In this document: in pieces, positions 56,896-63,485 of the stretch
Layout of the letters: every line of letters begins with the position of its first letter
Numbering within the stretch: the first letter of the stretch is position 1
NCBI GenBank assembly: GCA_038321865.1
Contig: JBBQFH010000017.1
Coordinates: 1-63,485, forward strand
Origin: Gemmatimonadales bacterium
Lineage (GTDB): Bacteria; Gemmatimonadota; Gemmatimonadetes; Gemmatimonadales; GWC2-71-9
DNA: 63,485 nt
Reading direction: 5' to 3'
Made by a program: the position numbers and the translations under genes
Notes under the pieces: model-generated
Database searches by the model: none
What the model was told of the DNA's origin: nothing
Seen by the model: the letters and a program-made list of their open reading frames with translations, nothing else

Positions 56896-57747
56896 TCATT
56901 TCGGATGGAACCCGATCTTCTGCTGCACCAGCACCCGGAGCGGCTTTCCGCCCTGGCGGCCGGGGCGGAAGGTGCAGGTACCGATCGTCGCCACCGCCGG
57001 AACCATGAATCCACGCCGGGACGCCTCCAGCACGCGGACACTGGGGGGCTCGGGCCGGCCGGCGGTATCCACCACGTACATCAGCGTCACCGAGCCGTCG
57101 GTGCCGGCCAGGTTGTCGGGCACCGGTGCCTGCCGGCAGCCGATCACCGTGGGCGGCGTGTCCACCTCGGCCGTCGAGGCGGGGATCGGCGCGCCTGGGG
57201 GCGAGGTGACCCGAATGGTATCGAGCACCGCGTTGAGGTCGTTCCGGACCGGCATCGTGTCGTTCATCGCGCGCACCGCCTCCATCGTGTGCCGGGCGAT
57301 CCGCGCCTCCGTGACGGTGTCGGTGAGCCACACCGTGAGCCGGCCGGCACCGGTATCGGCATCGGCGATCCGGGTGCCACGCCGCCAGCGCCGGCCGGTT
57401 TCCACCAGCGTGTCCGGCGCCCCCCAGGTGCGTACCAGCGCGCCGAAGCCCGCACCCGCCGAGTCGGGCTGCTGCACGACGACGTAGGGCACGCCCTTGT
57501 CGGCGGCGCCGATGGCACCGACCACCCGGATGCCGCTGGTCACGTTCGACGCCGTGCACAACTGCTCCGCGGCGACGCCGTCGACCCGGAACGGCTCGCA
57601 CCGGAGCGACCCGATCGATTCGGCCGCCTGGCGGAAGCGTGACGCGGCCATGCCGGACTCGAATCCGCGGTGCGCCAGTGGCCGGGAACGGTCGCCGCAG
57701 GCGCCGATGCTGAGGGCCAGAGTGGCCAGAACGATGATGCGGCGCAC
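56896..57747 (-). CDS. Lipoprotein with TonB C-terminal-like domain
   Basis: GTG after GGAGGAG; IGAC lipobox; GSVTLMYVVDTAGR...FRPGRQGGKP.RV. Confidence 0.65.
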   Translation of the reverse strand: MRRIIVLATLALSIGACGDRSRPLAHRGFESGMAASRFRQAAESIGSLRCEPFRVDGVAAEQLCTASNVTSGIRVVGAIGAADKGVPYVVVQQPDSAGAGFGALVRTWGAPDTLVETGRRWRRGTRIADADTGAGRLTVWLTDTVTEARIARHTMEAVRAMNDTMPVRNDLNAVLDTIRVTSPPGAPIPASTAEVDTPPTVIGCRQAPVPDNLAGTDGSVTLMYVVDTAGRPEPPSVRVLEASRRGFMVPAVATIGTCTFRPGRQGGKPLRVLVQQKIGFHPK

Positions 57748-57897
57748 ATCTCCTCCGGACAGTGGGTGGCGGGGCGGGGCCGGAACATAGCTGCCCTCAC
57801 GAGACGCTCGCCACGCGATCCCCCGCACGCCGGGAACCGGAAGGCACTCTGCCGGCTTATGTTGCAGGGTGGATCGGATTCGCTTACCGGAGTGAGC

Positions 57898-58230
57898 ATG
57901 CAGGAGCTGAATAGGCGGGAGGACGTGGATGCGGCGCTGGTGGATGCCGTGGCCGTCGTGTACAAGCACAGCTATCGCTGCGGCGTCAGCCTCGACGCCC
58001 GGTATGAAGTGGAATCGTTCGCCCGCACCGCGGACGTGCCGGTGTACATCGTGGATGTCGTGGCCAGCCGGGCGGTCTCCCAGTACCTGACCCAGTGCAC
58101 GGCGGTGCCGCACCATTCGCCGCAGGTGATGGTGCTGCGCGCGGGGCGGTGCACCTGGCATGCGTCGCATCACCGGGTCACCGCCGCGGCGCTGAGGCGC
58201 GAAGTCGGCACCGATCCACCCGGGGGTTGA
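57898..58230 (+). CDS. YtxJ/BrxC-like monothiol thioredoxin-fold protein
   Basis: YKHSYRCGVS, HHSPQV, WHASH. Confidence 0.75.
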   Translation: MQELNRREDVDAALVDAVAVVYKHSYRCGVSLDARYEVESFARTADVPVYIVDVVASRAVSQYLTQCTAVPHHSPQVMVLRAGRCTWHASHHRVTAAALRREVGTDPPGG

Positions 58231-58808
58231 ACACTCCGTCGCACGTCATCGTGGCCGCCGCGCTTCGCCGGCTGGCTCCCCGGCACCTGGTCCCCCTCGC
58301 CCCGATCCTCTGGGGCTCCGCCGCCCCCGACATCCCGCTCTTCGTTCTGACCGCCGCGGGCGGCGTCTACTATCACGCCATGCTCGGCTGGCCCATCCGC
58401 CGCGCCGCCGACTGGATGCTGGGTACGCTGTACCTCCAGAACCCCTGGTGGCTCGGTGCCCGGAGCACGCTCCACGCGCCATTGGTGCTGGCGGCACTGC
58501 TGCTGGTGGCGCTCACCGCGGGCCGGGGCCACCGCTGGGGGCGCTGGCTCGCGTGGTTCGCCGCGGCCTGCGGACTGCATGCGCTGCTCGATGTCCTCAC
58601 CCACGCCGGTGATGGCCCGCTGCTGCTCTTTCCCCTTGACTGGACCACCCGCTTTCACAGCCCGGTGAGCTACTGGGATCCCCGCTATCACGGGCGGCTC
58701 TTCGCGCGCCTCGAGCTGGCCGTGGACGCCGCGCTGCTGCTGTTCCTCGCCGCGGGGCCGGTCGCCCGCTGGCTGGCCCGGCGCGCGGACAGGGCCGTGC
58801 CGCGCTAG
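58227..58808 (+). CDS. Membrane-bound metal-dependent hydrolase-like protein
   Basis: NTPSH, APD, LHA, LHALLD..TH..DG, SYWDP. Confidence 0.7.
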   Translation: MNTPSHVIVAAALRRLAPRHLVPLAPILWGSAAPDIPLFVLTAAGGVYYHAMLGWPIRRAADWMLGTLYLQNPWWLGARSTLHAPLVLAALLLVALTAGRGHRWGRWLAWFAAACGLHALLDVLTHAGDGPLLLFPLDWTTRFHSPVSYWDPRYHGRLFARLELAVDAALLLFLAAGPVARWLARRADRAVPR

Positions 58809-58846
58809 GATTCAGCAGGGCCTGAACCCAGTCGCCGAGGAATGCC

Positions 58847-59242
58847 ATGGATACGTTTCCCGAAGAGGATGCGCTCCGCGAGCTGTTCGGCGTCGCGCCG
58901 GCGCTGCTGGATCCGAACTCACCGTGGCGGGAGAACGCGCTCAGCTTCGAGGTGCTGCAGGACAATGACCAGCTCGAATGCCTGATCGAGCCGGTCTACG
59001 GCACCATGACGCTCCGCTGGTCCCGGAAGGGGCACGAGCTGGTGTATCTCGATCTCAGCCGCGTGCGCGGGCTCAGCGCCGACAAGTTCCGCGGGCGCGA
59101 TTCGCTCATCGCCGTGTTCGACGAGCAGACCGGACTCAAGCCGCTGCGGATCCAGGTGCGGCCGGCGGTCCACGTCTCGTGGGGTACCAAGGATGACGCC
59201 GAGCACGGCCGTCCCGACGGACAGCAGCTGCTCGGCGTGTGA
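58847..59242 (+). CDS. Hypothetical protein
   Basis: ATG after GAGG; GC-rich codon usage; coupled to the next gene (GTGA). Confidence 0.6.
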   Translation: MDTFPEEDALRELFGVAPALLDPNSPWRENALSFEVLQDNDQLECLIEPVYGTMTLRWSRKGHELVYLDLSRVRGLSADKFRGRDSLIAVFDEQTGLKPLRIQVRPAVHVSWGTKDDAEHGRPDGQQLLGV

Positions 59243-60033
59243 CGTCGCACCGCTGGGTCGAGCCGCTGGCGCGCCTCGGCTACGCGGCCAAAGGGGTGCT
59301 GTACCTGCTGGTGGGTGGACTCGCGGGGCTGGCGGCCGTGCACGCCGGCGGCCGCACCACTGATTCCCGGGGCGCGTTCCGGCTCATCCTCAGCCAGCCG
59401 CTCGGCATCGCGTGGCTCGCGCTCGTCGCCCTTGGCCTCGGCGGCTACGCCGCGTGGCGCGTGATCGCCGCGCTCACCGATGCGGAGGGCAAAGGCGACT
59501 CCACGGGTGGTCGGCTCGTCCGCCTCGGATATCTGGGAAGTGCGGTGGTGCATGCCGGGCTGATGGCCGGGGCCATCCGCCTGGCGGTCGGCGTGCCCGA
59601 GGACAAGCGTGACGCGGCGAAGCAGTGGACCGCACGCGCCTTGCACGCCCCGTTCGGACACTGGCTCGTGGGCGCGGTCGGGGTCGGCGTGATCGCATAC
59701 GCCATTCGGCAGTGCTGGCGTGCGTGGGATGGGACGGTGGACCGCCGGCTCGATCTGGGCGAGGTCCACGCGAGCGCCCGTCCGTGGATCATGGGTATCA
59801 CCCGGTTCGGCATGGTGGCGCGCGCCCTGGTCTTCGGGCTGATCGGGAACTTCCTGATTCAGGCGGCGCGGACGCTGGATGCCCGCCGGGCCGGCGGCAT
59901 CGACGACGCGCTCCGGGCACTGCTCACCCGCTGGCACTCGCATCTGGCGCTGGGTGTGGTGGCGCTCGGGTTAATTGCGTATGGCTGCTTCCAGCTCGTG
60001 CGCGCGCGCTACCGGCTCATTCCGCTGCGCTAG
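59239..60033 (+). CDS. DUF1206 membrane protein
   Basis: Three repeats of the R.GYAAKG..Y...QP.G type. Confidence 0.85.
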   Translation: MTSHRWVEPLARLGYAAKGVLYLLVGGLAGLAAVHAGGRTTDSRGAFRLILSQPLGIAWLALVALGLGGYAAWRVIAALTDAEGKGDSTGGRLVRLGYLGSAVVHAGLMAGAIRLAVGVPEDKRDAAKQWTARALHAPFGHWLVGAVGVGVIAYAIRQCWRAWDGTVDRRLDLGEVHASARPWIMGITRFGMVARALVFGLIGNFLIQAARTLDARRAGGIDDALRALLTRWHSHLALGVVALGLIAYGCFQLVRARYRLIPLR

Positions 60034-61102
60034 CGGCCTTGCGCAGCAGCGCGACGACCGCTGCCTCCTCCCGCTCCAGTCCGGCCGTGGACTCGCCGTT
60101 CGATGTCAGCACATTCGCCAGCTCACCCGCCAGGTAACTCTCGAAGACCACCGGGTGCACGTAGTACTTCCGGCAGACGGCACGGGTGTTGTTCAGCCTC
60201 AGCGCCACCTGGTCGACCGCGTTGAGCACGCCGGCCTTCCGGTCGGCGCCGGTGTCGGCCGGGTCGAGTGCGGCCAGCGCCTTGAGGGCGAGCCTCGTCC
60301 CGGCCCAGGTGCGGAAATCCTTCGCGGTGAACTCCTGACCCGAAATCTCCTGCAGGTAGTCGTTGACGTCGCCCGAATCGATCGTCTGGCGATCGCCCGC
60401 CTCATCGAGATACTGGAACAGTGTTTCACCGGGAATCGCCTGGCACTGCCCGACGATGCGCGCCAGCCGCCGGTCGGTGAGCTCCACCGCGTGCGTCTTG
60501 CCGCTCTTGCCGCGGAACTCGAAGGTCAGCCGGGAGCCGGAGATCTCGACGTGATGGTCCCGCAGCGTGGTGAGCCCGAACGAGCGGTTGTTGCGGGCGT
60601 ACTCGTCGTTGCCGACCCGGATCTGGGTCGATTCGAGCAGCTGGACCACGGTGGCCAGCACCTTCTCGCGCGGGAGGCCGCTTCGGCCCATGTCGGCATC
60701 GATGCGCGACCGGATCGCCGGGAGCGCCTCGCTGAAGGCGAGCATGCGGCCGAACTTGGTCTCGTCGCGTACGCTCCGCCACTTCGGGTGATAGCGGTAC
60801 TGCTTCCGTCCGCGGGCATCGCGCCCGGTCGCCTGAATGTGGCCGCGCGGATCGGCGCAGATCCACACCGCAGTGTAGGCCGGCGGGATGGCGAGCGCGC
60901 GGATGCGCTTCAGCGTCGCCGCGTCACGGATCAGCTTGCCGTCGGCACCGCGGTAGCTGAAGCCGGTGCCCGCTTTCCGCCGCGAGATGCCCGGTACGGT
61001 ATCCATCACGTAGCGGAGTCCGGCCGCCTCGGCCGATTCCGCCGGGTCGGTGATGAGATCGTCGATCGTGGTCTTGCGCCGCCGCGTCCGCTTCGTCGCC
61101 AA
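60017..61102 (-). CDS. Bacterial type IB DNA topoisomerase
   Basis: QATGRDARGRKQYRY, RVGN, FRGKSGK, KDFRTW, NTRAVCRKYY. Confidence 0.92.
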   Translation of the reverse strand: MATKRTRRRKTTIDDLITDPAESAEAAGLRYVMDTVPGISRRKAGTGFSYRGADGKLIRDAATLKRIRALAIPPAYTAVWICADPRGHIQATGRDARGRKQYRYHPKWRSVRDETKFGRMLAFSEALPAIRSRIDADMGRSGLPREKVLATVVQLLESTQIRVGNDEYARNNRSFGLTTLRDHHVEISGSRLTFEFRGKSGKTHAVELTDRRLARIVGQCQAIPGETLFQYLDEAGDRQTIDSGDVNDYLQEISGQEFTAKDFRTWAGTRLALKALAALDPADTGADRKAGVLNAVDQVALRLNNTRAVCRKYYVHPVVFESYLAGELANVLTSNGESTAGLEREEAAVVALLRKAASAAE

Positions 61103-61265
61103 CGTCTGCTCCCGGTTGATCGAGGTGGCAGGGATCTTATCAGCCGCCGGTCACGGATGGGGTGAGGGCGGTCACAGGGCGCGCTTGTAGCGGCTGTGGC
61201 GGACCGCTAGCTTCGGTTCGCCTGGGCCGGCGCGCTGCCGGCCCTCCACCCGGGACACGGACTGC

Positions 61266-62198
61266 ATGCTGCGCCAAGGTCTGCTCTGGCTCTCGCAACA
61301 GAATCGCATCTTCGATTTCATCCGGTCCAACTCGCTCGCCCGCAATTTCGCCTCGCGCTTCGTGGCCGGCGAGACCATCGAGCAAGGTGTGGCCGCCGCC
61401 GCCGCGCTGTCGGCCAAGGGCATCACCTCGTCGCTCGACCTGCTGGGCGAGAGCGTGACGCAGGCCGCCGAGGCGATCGCGGCCAAGGAGCAGTACCTGG
61501 TGATGCTCGACCGGCTGGGCGGCAGCGGCGCCCAGGTCAACGTGTCGGTCAAGCTTACGCAGATGGGCTTCGACCTCGACGAGGACCTCTGCGGCCGCAA
61601 CATGCTCGAGATCCTCGAGCGCGCGCGGACGCTCGGCGGCTTCGTGCGGCTCGACATGGAGAGCTCGGCGTATACCCAGCGCACCCTCGACTTCTTCTAT
61701 CAGCGGCTGTTCCCGACCCACGGAGCCCACTGCGGCGTCGTCATCCAGTCGGCGCTCCGCCGCTCGGAGGCCGACATCGACGAGCTGATCGACCGGAAGG
61801 CGCGCGTGCGGCTCTGCAAGGGCGCGTACCTGGAGCCGCCGGCCGTGGCCTTTCCCGACAAGGCCGACGTGGACCGGAACTACGGCGTGCTCCTCGAGCG
61901 CCTGCTGCTCAAGGGAAACTATCCGGGCATCGCCACGCACGACGAGACGATCATCGCGCACGCCCGCCGCTTTGCCCAGACCCACGACATCGCGCCCGCG
62001 CGCTTCGAGTTCCAGATGCTCTACGGCGTCCGCCGGGATCTCCAGGAGCAGCTGCGGAAGGCGGGGTACAACGTGCGGGTCTACATCCCGTTCGGCACCC
62101 AGTGGTATCCCTACCTCATGCGCCGGCTGGCCGAGCGGCCCGCCAACATCGCGTTCATGATGGGGAACATGGTCCGGGAGACGGTGTCGGGTCGGTGA
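61266..62198 (+). CDS. Monofunctional proline dehydrogenase
   Basis: RFVAGE, SVKLTQMG, LDMES, RLCKGAY, ATHD, QMLYG, YLMRRLAERPAN. Confidence 0.92.
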   Translation: MLRQGLLWLSQQNRIFDFIRSNSLARNFASRFVAGETIEQGVAAAAALSAKGITSSLDLLGESVTQAAEAIAAKEQYLVMLDRLGGSGAQVNVSVKLTQMGFDLDEDLCGRNMLEILERARTLGGFVRLDMESSAYTQRTLDFFYQRLFPTHGAHCGVVIQSALRRSEADIDELIDRKARVRLCKGAYLEPPAVAFPDKADVDRNYGVLLERLLLKGNYPGIATHDETIIAHARRFAQTHDIAPARFEFQMLYGVRRDLQEQLRKAGYNVRVYIPFGTQWYPYLMRRLAERPANIAFMMGNMVRETVSGR

Positions 62199-62512
62199 GC
62201 GAGTTCACGCTGGGCGGGTACATGGAGAAGCACGAGCGCGCCGCGGCGTTCACCGGCAGCGACGGGCACCCATACTCGGTCGCGCTCTACGTGGATGAGG
62301 AGCCGGACGGCCGGGGCATGTATGGCGCCGCGCTCCTCTTCGTGCGCTGGGCGCCGTCCGGCGACCGTCCCGTCGGGCACCTCGAGACGCCCCCGCTGGC
62401 GTGGGGCCGCTCCCTGGAGGACGCGGAAGCGCGGGTGCGCGTGCTGTCGCTCTACGACGTGAAGGCCGCCCTCGACGAGGCCATTGCCGCCGCGCCGCCG
62501 GGTGACTGGTGA
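62195..62512 (+). CDS. Conserved hypothetical protein
   Basis: GTGA coupling on both sides; AFTGSDGHPYSV, LLFVRW, GHLET. Confidence 0.65.
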   Translation: MSEFTLGGYMEKHERAAAFTGSDGHPYSVALYVDEEPDGRGMYGAALLFVRWAPSGDRPVGHLETPPLAWGRSLEDAEARVRVLSLYDVKAALDEAIAAAPPGDW

Positions 62513-63414
62513 GCGCGCAGCGCGGCACGGTGATCGAGCGGGACGGTGCGGTGTATCGCGTGCGCACCGAGTCGGGCGAGCTGCGCGCGATTCTCCGCGG
62601 CAAGGTCAAGCGCGACACGTCGAAGGTGGTGGTGGGGGACATCGTGGACGTCGAGCCCGAGACCGGCGGCGCGCTCTTCGGGATCACCGGCGTCGGCGCC
62701 CGGCGGACGCTGCTCGAGCGGCGCGTGCCCGAGGGGCGGGGCACCCGGCCCGTCGCGGCCAACATCGACGAGGTCTTCGTGGTGACCGCGACGATCGACC
62801 CCGCGCCGATCCCGCAGCTGATCGACCGCCTGCTCGTCGTGTCCGAAGCCAACAGCATTCCGGCCGCGCTGATCCTCAACAAGGTCGACCTCGATCCCGC
62901 CGCCGCGCTGGCCGGGCGGTACCGGCGCGCGGGGTACGTGGTGCACGAGACCAGCGCGCGGAGCGGGCAGGGAATCGCCGAGCTGCGGGACGCCCTGATC
63001 GGGCGGACGTCGGTCGTCACCGGGCCGTCGGGCGCGGGGAAGTCGAGCCTGCTGAACGCCATCCAGCCGGGACTGAAGCTTCGTGTCGGGGAGATCAGCC
63101 AGAAGGTGCGCCGGGGCAAGAACACCACGGTGGGCGCGGTCATGATTCCGCTGCAGGACGGCGGCTACCTGGTGGACACGCCCGGATTCAGCGAGGTTGG
63201 ACTCTGGGGCATCGAGCCGCGGGAGCTTGCCTCCTGCTTTCCCGAGATGCGCCCGCTGCTCGGTGAATGCAAGTACGCCGACTGCCGCCACGTCTCGGAG
63301 CCGCATTGCGCGATTCGCGAAGCGGTTGCGGCCGGGACCATCGCCGGCGACCGGCTCACCAGTTATCAGCTGCTCCTGGCCGAGCTGGAAAGCGAGCCTA
63401 AGGACTGGGAGTGA
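62509..63414 (+). CDS. rsgA: Ribosome small subunit-dependent GTPase A
   Basis: NKVD, GPSGAGKS, GKNTT, DTPG, C..ADC.H..EPHC zinc finger. Confidence 0.95.
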   Translation: MSAQRGTVIERDGAVYRVRTESGELRAILRGKVKRDTSKVVVGDIVDVEPETGGALFGITGVGARRTLLERRVPEGRGTRPVAANIDEVFVVTATIDPAPIPQLIDRLLVVSEANSIPAALILNKVDLDPAAALAGRYRRAGYVVHETSARSGQGIAELRDALIGRTSVVTGPSGAGKSSLLNAIQPGLKLRVGEISQKVRRGKNTTVGAVMIPLQDGGYLVDTPGFSEVGLWGIEPRELASCFPEMRPLLGECKYADCRHVSEPHCAIREAVAAGTIAGDRLTSYQLLLAELESEPKDWE

Positions 63415-63485
63415 TCCGGGTCCAGCGGTCGGCGTCGCGTGCGTCGATCTTGGCCATCATCCGGTCGAAGGCGTCGTCGAGGTCG
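63398..63485 (-). CDS. C-terminus of a probable MazG-like (YpjD) nucleotide pyrophosphohydrolase, partial
   Basis: DLDDAFDRMMAKIDARDADRW...stop; only 28 aa visible. Confidence 0.45.
   Translation of the reverse strand, partial: DLDDAFDRMMAKIDARDADRWTRITPSP

Noticed and set aside
60017..61102. Topoisomerase IB as an integron integrase or viral marker
   Set aside because: Motifs match ordinary bacterial TopIB; it is about 38 kb from the attC relics with no phage genes nearby.

Overview
GC-rich bacterial chromosomal segment. The gene content (Ser/Thr kinase-TPR protein, OdhA/Kgd-type sucA, clade II nos cluster) suggests Gemmatimonadota, which is an inference. 1-8.3 kb: Tat-signal class V aminotransferase, GlxA regulator, M13 peptidase with an altered HEXXH, C-N hydrolase, kinase. 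8.3-22.3 kb: run of short, mostly minus-strand accessory genes (DUF1801, VOC, DinB, ankyrin, APH, RibD_C/DHFR, ArsR-SRPBCC, BrnTA, HigBA) interspersed with eroded attC-like hairpins, probably a decayed integron cassette array; it also holds a riboswitch-like leader upstream of the ankyrin gene. 22.4-29.5 kb: GH18-CE4-GT2 polysaccharide synthase and sucA/kgd. 29.5-47 kb: low-oxygen/NO island with a DosS-like GAF kinase, OmpR regulator, P1B-5 ATPase, two USPs, nirK, nosZBDFY, a cupredoxin, three single-unit heme-copper-oxidase-like membrane proteins, ScdA_N/DUF542 and a nitronate monooxygenase. No nor or nosL is seen, and four promoters share an 11-bp-periodic CTTCA-repeat architecture. 47-63.5 kb: glpD, fadI/fadJ, PLP decarboxylase, Rieske oxygenase, topoisomerase IB, proline dehydrogenase, rsgA. 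No rRNA, tRNA, CRISPR array or transposase was recognised.
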